A program made the translations under genes and the position numbers. From Synergistales bacterium (GTDB taxonomy: Bacteria; Synergistota; Synergistia; Synergistales; 79-D21), in assembly GCA_036722335.1 (NCBI GenBank), contig DAIMJI010000003.1, positions 3,781 to 67,780 on the forward strand: a DNA stretch of 64,000 nucleotides, written 5' to 3'. A model generated the notes under the pieces. It saw only the letters and a list, made by a program, of their open reading frames with translations, made no database searches and was not told the DNA's origin. Each line of letters opens with the position of its first letter. Position 1 is the first letter of the stretch. Positions 28,570-38,561 of this stretch are shown here, one piece after another.

Positions 28570-31248
28570 TCACTCTCCTCGACCGCAACAATGTTTGTAC
28601 TTTTTGCCGCTCCCGCAGGGACAAGGATCGTTCCTGCCGATTTTCGGGCCGCGCCTGACGGGTTCAACCCGGTCAGGCCTCTCTCCATTTGCGCTTTCAG
28701 GACGGCCTTCGGGAGCTGCAGGCAGGAGCAGCGCTTCTCGGCTCTCCCTTAGCGATCTCCTGGCAGGCCCGCTTTCCTCCGGAACGACGGATATCCTGAA
28801 TGCGGTTTCGGCAACAGCGGTCCGGACCCTATCCAGCATTTCCTGGAAAAGGTTAAATGACTCGAACTGGTACTCGAGCAAGGGATCCTTTTGCCCGATT
28901 GCCCTCAAGCCGATACCGGACCGGAGTTCATCCATGGCTAGAAGATGTTCCTTCCAGTGACTATCCAGGACATGAAGCGTGATGAACCTCGCCACTTCGG
29001 CCGCCATGCCTTCACCGATCGAAGCGACGCGAGAATCGAAATGTGCCCCCACCTTCTGCAGAATGGGCTCGATGTCCCTTTCACGTTCTCCGCAGTCGCC
29101 GGCGATCGTGATTTCTTCGTCGTAACCTTTCCCGAAAACACTCCTGAAGCGAAGCTGGGCACCCTTGACATCCGGCTCTTCGCCACTGGGGAAAGACTGG
29201 TCCATGATTGCCCTGGCGACGTCGAGGACCATTTCCCTCGTTCCGGGGAGAATATCCGGGTCCTTGAGGATCCTTGCCCTTTCGGTGTATACGGCTTCTC
29301 TCTGCTGGTTCATGACATTGTCGTACATCAGGAGCTGTTTCCTGATGTCGAAATGCATCTGCTCGACCTTTTTCTGGGCGTTTTCGATCGCTTTCGTCAA
29401 AAGGGAGTGCTCTATCGCTTCCCCTTCCTCCATGCCCAGCTTGCCCATCAGGCCCTGTACCCTCTCAGAACCGAAAAGCCTGAGCAGGTCATCCTCCAGA
29501 GAGAGGAAGAAACGGCTGCCGCCCGGGTCGCCCTGCCTTCCGGACCTGCCCATGAGCTGGTTGTCGATCCGACGGGCTTCGTGCCTTTCGGTGCCAATGA
29601 TGTGCAGGCCTCCGAGCGCCACGACCTTTTCGTGTTCCGCTTCGCATTCCTTCCTGACTTTTTCGAGGATACCCGCATAAGCCTCCCGGGCCCTGGACTC
29701 TTCGATCTCCGTCCTCCGCAATTCCTCGCGGGCCAGCGCTTCCGGGTTTCCTCCCAGAAGGATGTCCGTTCCTCGCCCAGCCATGTTCGTCGCTACCGTC
29801 ACAGCCGCAAGGCGTCCGGCCTGTGAGACGATTTCCGCTTCCCTCTCGTGGTATTTCGCGTTAAGCACCTGGTGAGGAACTTTCCGTGCTTTCAGAAGCC
29901 GGCTGACCATCTCGGAATTTTCGATCGAAGTTGTACCGACAAGGACAGGCTGCCCTTTCCCATAGCATTCGACAACCTCGTCAGCGACCGCGTTGAACTT
30001 TTCCCTTCTGGTCCTGAAAATCACGTCGGGATAATCCTTCCGGATCATGGGCCTGTGGGTCGGGAGCTGGATCACTTCCAGGCCGTAGATCTCCTTGAAC
30101 TCCTCTGATTCCGTCCAGGCCGTGCCGGTCATGCCTGCCAGCTTCCTGTACATGCGGAAATAGTTCTGCAGGGTGATCGTGGCCAGGGTCTGGTTCTCGC
30201 TCCCCACCTTGACACGTTCCTTTGCCTCGATCGCCTGGTGCAGGCCCTCCGAATAGCGCCTGCCGAACATCAGGCGGCCTGTGAACTCGTCTACGATGAC
30301 GATATCCCCGTCCTTGTTGACGTAGTGAATGTCCCTCTGGAAAAGGTGGTGGGCTTTCAGCGCCTGGACAATCTTGTGGGCCAGGTCGGCGTGACGGGCC
30401 TCAGAGAAAAGTTCCGGGGTCTTCGTCATCTCTTCGCACCGGGTGATGCCGCCCTCGGTCAGCACCACGTTTCTTTCTTTTTCGTCGACCTCGAAATCCT
30501 CGCCTTTTCGAAGCCTCATGGCAATCGAATTGGCCGTCAGGTAGGGTTCAACCGATTCTTCCGAAGGCCCGGAAATGATCAGCGGGGTCCGTGCCTCGTC
30601 GATCAGGATAGAGTCGACCTCGTCCACGATGCAGAAGGAATGTTCACGCTGTACCTGCTGGTTTGCCGAGGTGGCCATGTTGTCCCTAAGGTAGTCGAAA
30701 CCGAACTCGCTGTTTGTCCCGTAAGTGATGTCCGCCTGGTAGGCCCGGACCCTTTCTTCCTGCGGCATGAAGGCGTAGATCACACCGACGGAAAGGCCCA
30801 GGAAGCGGTAAATCTTTCCCATCCATTCCGCATCACGGCGCGCAAGGTAATCGTTGACCGTGACGACGTGGACGCCTTCCCCCTTCAAGGCGTTCAGGAT
30901 GACCGCCAGAGTGGCGACAAGGGTCTTTCCCTCCCCTGTCTTCATTTCCGCGATCTTGCCCTCGTGTAAGGCCATTCCTCCCATAAGCTGCACGTCGAAG
31001 TGCCGAAGCCCAAGCTGTCGGCGGGAAACTTCCCTTACGACGGCAAAGACTTCTTCAAGGAGGTCATCGAGGCTTTCTCCCTCTTCAAGTCTTTCCCTGA
31101 ACTTTTCAACAGAAAGGGCAAGCGATGCGTCATCCATTGATAACACCTGTTCTTCCAGCGCATTGATGCGTTCCGACCTCTCCTTGTACCTCTTGATCGC
31201 CCTGTCGTTGGGGTCAAGCCCCAGGGCCTTTATGAACGATTCGAACAT
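28570..31248 (-). CDS. secA: Preprotein translocase ATPase SecA
   Basis: 892 aa from MFESFIKALG. It has the DEAD-like motor (MKTGEGKTL, DEVDSILIDEARTPLIISG) and a C-terminal zinc finger (CPCGSGKKYKHCCG). Confidence 0.95.
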   Translation of the reverse strand: MFESFIKALGLDPNDRAIKRYKERSERINALEEQVLSMDDASLALSVEKFRERLEEGESLDDLLEEVFAVVREVSRRQLGLRHFDVQLMGGMALHEGKIAEMKTGEGKTLVATLAVILNALKGEGVHVVTVNDYLARRDAEWMGKIYRFLGLSVGVIYAFMPQEERVRAYQADITYGTNSEFGFDYLRDNMATSANQQVQREHSFCIVDEVDSILIDEARTPLIISGPSEESVEPYLTANSIAMRLRKGEDFEVDEKERNVVLTEGGITRCEEMTKTPELFSEARHADLAHKIVQALKAHHLFQRDIHYVNKDGDIVIVDEFTGRLMFGRRYSEGLHQAIEAKERVKVGSENQTLATITLQNYFRMYRKLAGMTGTAWTESEEFKEIYGLEVIQLPTHRPMIRKDYPDVIFRTRREKFNAVADEVVECYGKGQPVLVGTTSIENSEMVSRLLKARKVPHQVLNAKYHEREAEIVSQAGRLAAVTVATNMAGRGTDILLGGNPEALAREELRRTEIEESRAREAYAGILEKVRKECEAEHEKVVALGGLHIIGTERHEARRIDNQLMGRSGRQGDPGGSRFFLSLEDDLLRLFGSERVQGLMGKLGMEEGEAIEHSLLTKAIENAQKKVEQMHFDIRKQLLMYDNVMNQQREAVYTERARILKDPDILPGTREMVLDVARAIMDQSFPSGEEPDVKGAQLRFRSVFGKGYDEEITIAGDCGERERDIEPILQKVGAHFDSRVASIGEGMAAEVARFITLHVLDSHWKEHLLAMDELRSGIGLRAIGQKDPLLEYQFESFNLFQEMLDRVRTAVAETAFRISVVPEESGPARRSLRESREALLLPAAPEGRPESANGERPDRVEPVRRGPKIGRNDPCPCGSGKKYKHCCGRGE

Positions 31249-31331
31249 CCTAACAACTCCCACTCGTCATTTGCCGGGAAAGCTTCCCCCGGCGGAACGA
31301 CTCATTATAGGCTTTTCCCCGAAAAGGCGTC

Positions 31332-31367
31332 AAAAAGGGGAGAGGCAAAGATTCTCGCCTCTCCCCC
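31332..31367 (-). terminator. Rho-independent terminator after the tryptophanase-family gene
   Basis: The minus-strand stem GGGGAGAGGC / GCCUCUCCCC is followed by UUUUU. Confidence 0.8.
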
Positions 31368-31399
31368 GGTTTGCGTGATCTTAACCCTGTTTGCCCGGT

Positions 31400-32794
31400 T
31401 TACAGGGAAACCGGCCGAAGCCTTGCAAGGAAGTGATGTAATCCCTTCACGGGCGGTGCGTAATCGACGACAAGTCCATACCTGATGGATTCACGCCTCT
31501 TGTAGACGTCGACGATCGACTGCGCCACGTACTCCATGTGGCTGTTCGTGTAGGTCCTGCGGTTGATTGCAATCCTGTAAAGTTCCAGCTTCGGCATGAT
31601 CAGTTCCCCGGTCTTTTCGTCCTCTGTGGCGAATGCCAAGGCTCCAAGGCCGATGCCTCGTATGGCACCCTCCCGGTAGATTTCGATGGAAAGAACGTCA
31701 GCCGGGTACATTTTCTGCGGAATCTGGGGCAGGAAGGCTTTCGCATCGATAAAGATCGCATGCCCGCCAGCCGGCTTGACGAAGGGAACTCCACCCTCTT
31801 CCAGAAGGTCCCCGAGGTATTTGACCTGGGCTATCCGGTGGGCCATGTACTGCTCGTCCACCATTTCCCTAAGTCCCACGGAAAGGGCTTCGAGATCCCT
31901 GCCCGCAAGTCCGCCGTAAGTCGCGAATCCTTCGAACAGGATAACCCTCGGCAGCAGGCGGTGGTACATCTCTTCCGTGCGGCAGCAGATCATTCCACCG
32001 ATGTTGACTAGGGGATCCTTCTTTGCTGAGCAGGTAATTCCGTCCGCGCAATCCATGGTGGCCTTGAGAATTTCCGCGACCGTCATCGTCTTGCAGGCTT
32101 CCTCCCTGGCCTTGATGAAGAATGCGTTTTCAGCCATCCGGGCTGCATCAAGGAAAAGGAGGATCCCATGCTTTTTCGCGACCGCCGAGACGGCCCTGAG
32201 GTTTTCCAGGCTGACGGGTTGGCCGCCACCGGAGTTGTTCGTGACAGTGACCATGATAAGGGGGATGCGATCCTTTCCGTAGGTTCGGATCGCTTCTTCG
32301 AGCTTGGCCACATCCACGTTTCCCTTGAAGGGATGCTGAAGTTCCGGCTGGTAGGCCTCATCGATCACGCAATCGACCGGTTCGGCGCCAACATTGAAGA
32401 TGTGCCCCCTGGTCGTGTCAAAGGGCATGTTGAAGGGGATCCTGTCTCCCGCCTTGGCCAGTGAACCGAAAAGGACGTTCTCGGTGGCTCTTCCCTGGTG
32501 ACAGGGAATGACAAAATCGAAACCAAGAATTTCCTTGACGGAGTCCTTCAGGGCATAGTAGCTGTCCGCCCCGGCGTAGGCTTCGTCCCCCCTCATCAGG
32601 GCAGCCCATTGGTACTTGCTCATTGCTCCTGTTCCCGAGTCCGTCAGGAGGTCGATGTAGATATCGGCGGACTTGAGACCGAACATGTTAAAATGGCCTG
32701 CCTCCAACGCCATTTCCCTCTGGGCCTTGTCGGGTACGGTTACGGGTTCCACCATCTTGATGCGGAAAGGTTCGGGCATGATCCTCTCTACCAT
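31400..32794 (-). CDS. Beta-eliminating lyase: tryptophanase / tyrosine phenol-lyase family (PLP-dependent)
   Basis: 464 aa. It reads EPFRIKMVEP...DIYIDLLTDSGTGAMS...SAKKD (PLP Lys). It is collinear with TnaA/TPL, and I cannot assign substrate by eye. Confidence 0.9.
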   Translation of the reverse strand: MVERIMPEPFRIKMVEPVTVPDKAQREMALEAGHFNMFGLKSADIYIDLLTDSGTGAMSKYQWAALMRGDEAYAGADSYYALKDSVKEILGFDFVIPCHQGRATENVLFGSLAKAGDRIPFNMPFDTTRGHIFNVGAEPVDCVIDEAYQPELQHPFKGNVDVAKLEEAIRTYGKDRIPLIMVTVTNNSGGGQPVSLENLRAVSAVAKKHGILLFLDAARMAENAFFIKAREEACKTMTVAEILKATMDCADGITCSAKKDPLVNIGGMICCRTEEMYHRLLPRVILFEGFATYGGLAGRDLEALSVGLREMVDEQYMAHRIAQVKYLGDLLEEGGVPFVKPAGGHAIFIDAKAFLPQIPQKMYPADVLSIEIYREGAIRGIGLGALAFATEDEKTGELIMPKLELYRIAINRRTYTNSHMEYVAQSIVDVYKRRESIRYGLVVDYAPPVKGLHHFLARLRPVSL

Positions 32795-32951
32795 TGAACT
32801 GTCCCTCCATGCGCTCTCTTCTTCTTCTCGGCTTGGGGACTCGTCTGGTTTGAAAAGCCTTTCCTCGTCTGGTCGTATTATATATCAGAACGGGGGTCCG
32901 CCGTTTGTCAACCTTATCGTGTAAACGTATCCTTTTACGGGAGAGATCCTT

Positions 32952-34109
32952 TTGAAAATGCCTTCCTTTTTAGGACAATTCCCCCGAGATTTCAATCTTT
33001 GCCTGGCGGCTTCCTTTTCCGCCTATTCCTGTATTTCCGTGTTCTTCCTTTTCCCCCTCGTATTGGACCTCAAGGGATACACCCCAATGGCAATCGGGGC
33101 AGCCTGGATCATCTTCGAATTCGTCCTCCTCGGGACCCGCGGCTGGGTAAACAGCTGGCTCACGAACCATGGATCCCGCCTGGGGATGGTCTTGGGCTCA
33201 CTTTCGCTTGCCGCTGGCGTGGCCGTCCTTTCTGCAGACCAACATTACGGCATGGTTCTTATCGGCCGCTCTTTGATGGGCTGCGGATGGGGCCTGTTTT
33301 ACATTGCCAACACGCTCCACCAGGTCCGTGTACTTCCAGCCCCGCTGCTCGGAAGGGGGTTCGGGCTCGCTGGCCTGGCACCTCTCCTGCCCCAGCTTGG
33401 ACTCATCCCCCTGGCAGAGTGGATGGTACGGCATGGAAATCCGGGATTCATCTATGCCTTGTCCATTTCGGGATGCCTGTTGGCGACCGCTTTTTCATGG
33501 AGCCTTTCACCTTGTAAAAGCCATTCGGAAGCTCACGTTTCCCTCCGGAAATGCCTTCGTGAAAGCTGGTCAAACCCTTCGCTCAGGGCTCTCCTGCTGT
33601 CCGGCAGCCTATTTGCGCTCGCTGCGGCGGGCATCATGCCATACGTCGCGAACGCGGCGATGGAGTGGGGAATCGCGGGAAGCGGTTTCCTATGGTCTGA
33701 AGCTCTTTCGGCATTCGCGACGCGGCTGGTTTTTGGGGGGTGGGTTGACCGCTACGGGAAAAAGCTCCTTTTCCCTTCTTTCGGCTTTATCGCCCTTGGG
33801 ACGGTGATTTCCATGCTGGGCGGAACAACCGCTGCCTTCCTTGCTGGGGGTATTCTCTACGGCGTAGGGATGGGAATGGTCTACCCTCTTCTCTATTCCC
33901 TCGTTTCAAGATCCGGGAACGAAGATTCGAGAACCGCCCTTTTCACTCTTTTCGGGACTTTCATCGACCTGCTCTGGGCAATAGCCCCGCTGGCTGCCGC
34001 TGCCTCCGCCCAGTTCCTGGGCTTCGGAACGGTCCTGCGGGGCATGTCCATCCTCATCGCGGCAATCGTGCTTTTCATGCGTGCCAGGGTCTGGCCCTGG
34101 CTTGATTAG
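32952..34109 (+). CDS. MFS transporter
   Basis: 385 aa with about 12 TM helices and a glycine-rich MFS-like pattern. Either the TTG at 32952 or the ATG at 32958 could be the start. Confidence 0.75.
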   Translation: MKMPSFLGQFPRDFNLCLAASFSAYSCISVFFLFPLVLDLKGYTPMAIGAAWIIFEFVLLGTRGWVNSWLTNHGSRLGMVLGSLSLAAGVAVLSADQHYGMVLIGRSLMGCGWGLFYIANTLHQVRVLPAPLLGRGFGLAGLAPLLPQLGLIPLAEWMVRHGNPGFIYALSISGCLLATAFSWSLSPCKSHSEAHVSLRKCLRESWSNPSLRALLLSGSLFALAAAGIMPYVANAAMEWGIAGSGFLWSEALSAFATRLVFGGWVDRYGKKLLFPSFGFIALGTVISMLGGTTAAFLAGGILYGVGMGMVYPLLYSLVSRSGNEDSRTALFTLFGTFIDLLWAIAPLAAAASAQFLGFGTVLRGMSILIAAIVLFMRARVWPWLD

Positions 34110-34123
34110 TTCCTTTTCTTGCT

Positions 34124-35344
34124 TCAGTCGGGATCGACCACGCCTCCAAAGACAAGGGCCTCGTTGAGCATGTGCTCGATCACCGCGTATTCATTCGGCA
34201 TATGAGCCGTATCGGCTTCCTGTGCCCAGACGACGGCAGGGATCCCGGCCATCCGGAAATGTGCGGCACAGGTCCCTCCCCCTACACCCCCTATCCTCGG
34301 TTCAAAACCGTAGACTTCCTTGACGCTTTCCCTCAGTCTGTCTACGACAGGCGAATCGGCAGGGGTGACGGGAGCGGAGACTGCCCGCTGTATATTCTCG
34401 CTGGAGATCGCGACCCCGGTTTTCCTTTCCAGGGACCTCCCTACCTCCCAAATGACCGCTTCCACCGCCTCGAGAGGAGCCTCCGGAAGGACACGGCAGT
34501 CGAAAGCAAGAACTTCCTTTCCGGGAATGGTGTTGATGTTCGCCACGTTCGCGAAGCGCCTGGTCGGTTCAAAAGTCGAGCACGGGGGCTCGAAGAGCTC
34601 GTTCCTCTCAGGGAAAGCCTTGTGAAGCGCCGCATCGAGTTCGACCGAAAAAAGGTTTGCGGCCCTGCAAGCGTTGTTTCCCAGGTCAGGCCGGCTCGCG
34701 TGTACCTGTTTCCCCTCAATGGTGAATTGGATCCATAGGACGGACTTTTCCGCCACTTCTATGAAATCGCCTTTCTCGTTTCCGCCATCCGGAACGATGA
34801 CAAGGTCATCTTCCCTGAAAAGGCCCTTTTTTAGCAGGTGGCTGATGCCATAAGCGCTTCCGAGTTCCTCGTCCGCCACAAAGGCAAGGCCGATCTCGTT
34901 TTCCGGGACGATTCCGAGCTGGACGTAGGCAGCCGCGGCGTACAGGCTCGCGATCAATTCCTGGCCGTTGTCGTTGCTCCCCCGCCCGTAGACTCGGCCG
35001 TCATTGACCACGGGCAGGAAGGGATCGGTTTCCCAGAGGGACCGCTCGCCTTCGGGCACAACGTCCATGTGGGAAACGAACCACGTTCTCGCCGCTGTTC
35101 TCCCCGGTATGCGCACGACCAGGTTGGGCCGGATTCCGCCAGCTGCCCCCGGGTCCTCCGCGTCATACCTTTCCGGTTCAGGCAGGCCGAGCCGCTGGAC
35201 CAATCCTGCCAGCCACTCGGCTTTTTCCAGCTCGCCCGTTCCCCCGTCACGGGGGCTCACGGCCGGAATCCTGACCAACTCACAGAGCGATTCGACCATT
35301 TCCCCTTCATGTTGTCGAATCCACGCTTCCACTGCCTTGTTCAT
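34124..35344 (-). CDS. M20-family metallopeptidase (ArgE/DapE/acylase-like)
   Basis: The start is MNKAVEAWIRQHEGEMVESLCELVRIPAVSP, with an AAAGGAGG SD. M20 motifs SHMDVVP and GRGSNDNG are present. Confidence 0.85.
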   Translation of the reverse strand: MNKAVEAWIRQHEGEMVESLCELVRIPAVSPRDGGTGELEKAEWLAGLVQRLGLPEPERYDAEDPGAAGGIRPNLVVRIPGRTAARTWFVSHMDVVPEGERSLWETDPFLPVVNDGRVYGRGSNDNGQELIASLYAAAAYVQLGIVPENEIGLAFVADEELGSAYGISHLLKKGLFREDDLVIVPDGGNEKGDFIEVAEKSVLWIQFTIEGKQVHASRPDLGNNACRAANLFSVELDAALHKAFPERNELFEPPCSTFEPTRRFANVANINTIPGKEVLAFDCRVLPEAPLEAVEAVIWEVGRSLERKTGVAISSENIQRAVSAPVTPADSPVVDRLRESVKEVYGFEPRIGGVGGGTCAAHFRMAGIPAVVWAQEADTAHMPNEYAVIEHMLNEALVFGGVVDPD

Positions 35345-35367
35345 TTCGGGGCCTCCTTTTCCATCCC

Positions 35368-35913
35368 TTACGGTTTCTGTGCCGGGGGAGCGCTTAAAAG
35401 GTTCCACCCCTTCATGAGGTAATCCATGCCCGACCACACGGTCAACAGCAGTGCAATCCACATCGCAAAAATGGCAAGAGGCACATTGAAGATCATCATC
35501 ACAATCGCGATGATCTGCGAAACCGTCTTCGCTTTACCACCCCTTGAAGCGGCGAGCACAACTCCCTCCGCCGCCGCGATCATCCTAAGCCCGGTTACGA
35601 CGAACTCGCGGGCCAGGATGATGACAACGATCCAGGCGGAAATCCTCTGGAGTTCAACAAGGCCGACCAAGGCCGCAGTAATGAGGATCTTGTCCGCCAG
35701 GGGATCGATGAACTTGCCCAGGTTCGTGACGATGCCACGTTTCCTTGCAATGTACCCATCCGCTGTATCGGTCAAGGCGGCCAGGATGAAAACGCCGCCC
35801 GCGATAAGGTCGCCCCATTCGATCCTAAGGGTCAGGAACAGGACGACCAGCGGTGCAAGAAAAACTCGAGACAGGCTCAACATGTTAGGCAGATTGAAGG
35901 CCGTCGCGCCCAT
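35368..35913 (-). CDS. pgsA: CDP-diacylglycerol--glycerol-3-phosphate 3-phosphatidyltransferase
   Basis: The start is MGATAFNLPNMLSLSR, with a GGAGGG SD. The CDP-alcohol phosphatidyltransferase motif DTADGYIARK...G...DPLADK is present. Confidence 0.9.
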   Translation of the reverse strand: MGATAFNLPNMLSLSRVFLAPLVVLFLTLRIEWGDLIAGGVFILAALTDTADGYIARKRGIVTNLGKFIDPLADKILITAALVGLVELQRISAWIVVIILAREFVVTGLRMIAAAEGVVLAASRGGKAKTVSQIIAIVMMIFNVPLAIFAMWIALLLTVWSGMDYLMKGWNLLSAPPAQKP

Positions 35914-35958
35914 TGTTTTCCCTCCGAATTCAGTCGACGTGCTTCCCATGAGATTATC

Positions 35959-36003
35959 ACACAAGAAGTGGGCCGGCGGTAAAAAAGCCGGCCCACTTCT
36001 TGT
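35959..36003. terminator. Perfect 18-bp stem hairpin between livF and pgsA
   Basis: The stem is cacaagaagtgggccggc-ggtaaaaaa-gccggcccacttcttgtg. The T-tract follows it only on the plus strand, whereas both flanking genes are on the minus strand. Confidence 0.4.
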
Positions 36004-36026
36004 GTTTTTCCTTTCCCGGGAAAACG

Positions 36027-36731
36027 CTAGCCCCCGAGGTAGGCTTCCTTGACCTTCGGATCTTCGATTAACGCTTCCCCAGTACCCTCCAGGACGATCT
36101 CCCCGACTTCCAGGACGTAGGCGTAATGGGCAACCTTCAAAGCCGCAAACGCGTTTTGTTCGACGAGAAGGACCGTCTTGCCTTCCGCGTTTATCGTCTT
36201 GATGATTTCGAAAACTTCCTTGACGAGCAGGGGAGCAAGGCCGAGTGAGGGTTCGTCCAGCATGAGCAGTTTAGGCCGGCACATAAGCGCCCTTCCGAGA
36301 GCCAGCATTTGCTGCTCTCCTCCGGAAAGAGTGCCTCCCTTCTGCCATGTTCTCTCCTTGAGTCTCGGAAAAAGCTCGAAGACCCAATCCAGGTCCTTGG
36401 CGATCCCGTCGGAATCGTTCCTTATGTAGGCCCCCAGCATCAGGTTTTCCATGACGGTCAGGTGCGGAAGAATCCGCCGACCTTCTGGGCACATCGCGAT
36501 GCCCATTCCAACGAGTGCCTCGGGAGTCTTCCCAAGGATATTCTGTCCTTCGAAGAGGATCTTCCCTTTCTTGTTCTTGACAAGCCCTGAAATCGAGCGC
36601 AGGGTACTGCTCTTTCCCGCCCCGTTCGCTCCGATCAATGTCACGATCTGTCCATCGGCGACCTCAAGCGACAACCCCTTCAGTGCGTGGATGCCCCCGT
36701 AATAAACGTGAAGGTCCTCGATCTTAAGCAT
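36027..36731 (-). CDS. livF: Branched-chain amino acid ABC transporter ATP-binding protein LivF
   Basis: 234 aa. It has Walker A GANGAGKS, the signature LSGGEQQML, and Walker B LLMLDEPS. Confidence 0.9.
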   Translation of the reverse strand: MLKIEDLHVYYGGIHALKGLSLEVADGQIVTLIGANGAGKSSTLRSISGLVKNKKGKILFEGQNILGKTPEALVGMGIAMCPEGRRILPHLTVMENLMLGAYIRNDSDGIAKDLDWVFELFPRLKERTWQKGGTLSGGEQQMLALGRALMCRPKLLMLDEPSLGLAPLLVKEVFEIIKTINAEGKTVLLVEQNAFAALKVAHYAYVLEVGEIVLEGTGEALIEDPKVKEAYLGG

Positions 36732-37512
36732 TTTGAGTCGCCTCCTCCCCCAGGTAGGCTTCGATCACCTTGGGGTTTGACCTGATCTGTTCCGGGTTGC
36801 CTTCTGCGATGAGAATTCCGTAATCGAGGACCCAGATATGCTCGCAGACCCCCATGACAACCTTCATGTCATGCTCGATGAGGAGAATCGTGAGGTTGAA
36901 GTCGGTCCTGATTCTCTTGATGAACTCCATCAATTCCTGGGATTCCTGAGGATTCATCCCTGCCGCAGGCTCATCGAGAAGGAGGAACCTGGGGCGGGTC
37001 GCAAGAGCGCGGGCGATCTCAAGCCGCCTTTGGGCCCCGTAGGGGAGGGAGTTCGAGGTTTCACCCGCCAGCTTGTCCAGGCCGACAGAAGCGAGCAGTT
37101 CCATTGCTTCATCCCTCAGTTGCTGCTCTTCCCTCGTGCACGAGGGAATCATCAGGGGAGCCATCCACCACGGGCTTTTCTGCCTGACGAACCCGCCGAT
37201 CATGACGTTCTGCAGCACGGTCTCGTTGTAGAAAAGGCGGATATTCTGGAAGGTCCTCGCAATTCCCGCCTCACAGACCTTGTGCGGGGGAAGCCCCGTG
37301 ATGGGCCTGCCCTCCAGGAAAACCTCGCCTTTGGTCGGCTTGTAAAAACCGGTAATGATGTTGAAGCAGGTCGTCTTTCCGGCTCCGTTGGGCCCAATCA
37401 GCCCGACAATGCTTCCCTCCGGGACCTGTATGTTGAAATTGTTGACCGCGGTAAGGCCCCCGAAGCGGATCATCACGTCGCGAGTTTCAAGCACGAAGGA
37501 TTTTTCGCTCAT
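36724..37512 (-). CDS. livG: Branched-chain amino acid ABC transporter ATP-binding protein LivG
   Basis: 262 aa. It has GPNGAGKTT, LPYGAQRRLEIARAL and LLLDEPAAG motifs. Confidence 0.9.
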   Translation of the reverse strand: MSEKSFVLETRDVMIRFGGLTAVNNFNIQVPEGSIVGLIGPNGAGKTTCFNIITGFYKPTKGEVFLEGRPITGLPPHKVCEAGIARTFQNIRLFYNETVLQNVMIGGFVRQKSPWWMAPLMIPSCTREEQQLRDEAMELLASVGLDKLAGETSNSLPYGAQRRLEIARALATRPRFLLLDEPAAGMNPQESQELMEFIKRIRTDFNLTILLIEHDMKVVMGVCEHIWVLDYGILIAEGNPEQIRSNPKVIEAYLGEEATQNA

Positions 37513-38561
37513 CGGGCCTCACCCCCACGGGCGAAACGCCTTGTTATGGCATCCCAGCTCAATTCCCGCATCCCCATGATCCCTTCACGCCTGAACAGGA
37601 TGATGAGGATCAGAAGCAACGAGAAAATAACCATCCGCATACCCGGAATGCCTTCCAGGTGGAAAGAACCGATATCGATCGGGTTTTCGACGAACCTCAG
37701 CCATTCCAGCAGGATCGTGATGACCGCACTGCCGAGGATACTCCCCGTAAGCGACCCAAGCCCTCCAGCCACGACGATCATCAGGACATTGAAGGTCAGC
37801 AGGAAGCTGAACATCTTGGGGTCGATCGTGGTGATCAGGCTGGCCATGAGAGCCCCGCCCACTCCTGCGAAAAAGGCCCCGACGGAAAAGGAGATGACCC
37901 GGTACTTGAACGTGTTGATCCCCATGGCCCGCGCGGCAACTTCGTCATCGCGGATGGCCTTGAGGACATTCCCGAAATTGCTGTTGACGAGGCGCACCAT
38001 GAAAAAGAGGGTCAACAGGCACCATCCGTAGTTCCACCAGATGTTCGCGTAATCGGGTATCCCCTTGAGCCCGAGGGCTCCGTTCGTGATAGGCGTGATG
38101 TTGGTGAAAACCACCCTGATGATTTCCGCGAAACCAAGGGTCGCAATCCCCAGGTAATCACCCCCAAGGCGAAGGACGGGGATGGCGATAATCAACCCCA
38201 GGATTGCGGCTGCGACGCCCCCTGCAAGAACCGATACGAAAAAGGGAGCCTGCATCACGGAGAAAGGCCAGATCAGCGGCTGAATGATATAGATCATTTC
38301 TTTCTGGACCGGAGGCAGGATCAGGAGGGAAGATACATAGGCGCCAATGGCCATGAATCCCGCGTGTCCCAGCGAAAACATCCCCGTGAAACCGTAGATG
38401 AGGTTTAGGCTGAGTGCAAGGATAGAGTTGATCGCGATGAGGTTCAGGACCTGTATCTTGTAGTTGTCCAAGTGCCCGTTGGCCCACCATAGAAAAACCA
38501 GGAGTATCCCCACCGCGGCCAGCGACGGCAGCAGGTAGCGGGGTTTTTCGTTCGTCTTCAT
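37509..38561 (-). CDS. livM: Branched-chain amino acid ABC transporter permease LivM
   Basis: 350 aa, polytopic, LivM-like (GFTGMFSLGHAGFMAIGAY). Confidence 0.9.
   Translation of the reverse strand: MKTNEKPRYLLPSLAAVGILLVFLWWANGHLDNYKIQVLNLIAINSILALSLNLIYGFTGMFSLGHAGFMAIGAYVSSLLILPPVQKEMIYIIQPLIWPFSVMQAPFFVSVLAGGVAAAILGLIIAIPVLRLGGDYLGIATLGFAEIIRVVFTNITPITNGALGLKGIPDYANIWWNYGWCLLTLFFMVRLVNSNFGNVLKAIRDDEVAARAMGINTFKYRVISFSVGAFFAGVGGALMASLITTIDPKMFSFLLTFNVLMIVVAGGLGSLTGSILGSAVITILLEWLRFVENPIDIGSFHLEGIPGMRMVIFSLLLILIILFRREGIMGMRELSWDAITRRFARGGEAR

Noticed and set aside
36838-38031. A 397-aa plus-strand ORF.
   Set aside because: It is antisense to livG/livM, which have clear ABC ATPase and permease motifs. 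It is a shadow ORF. The same reasoning applies to 14159..15235, 43295..44311, 58553..59548, 62331..63239, 1480..2313 and 2648..3478.
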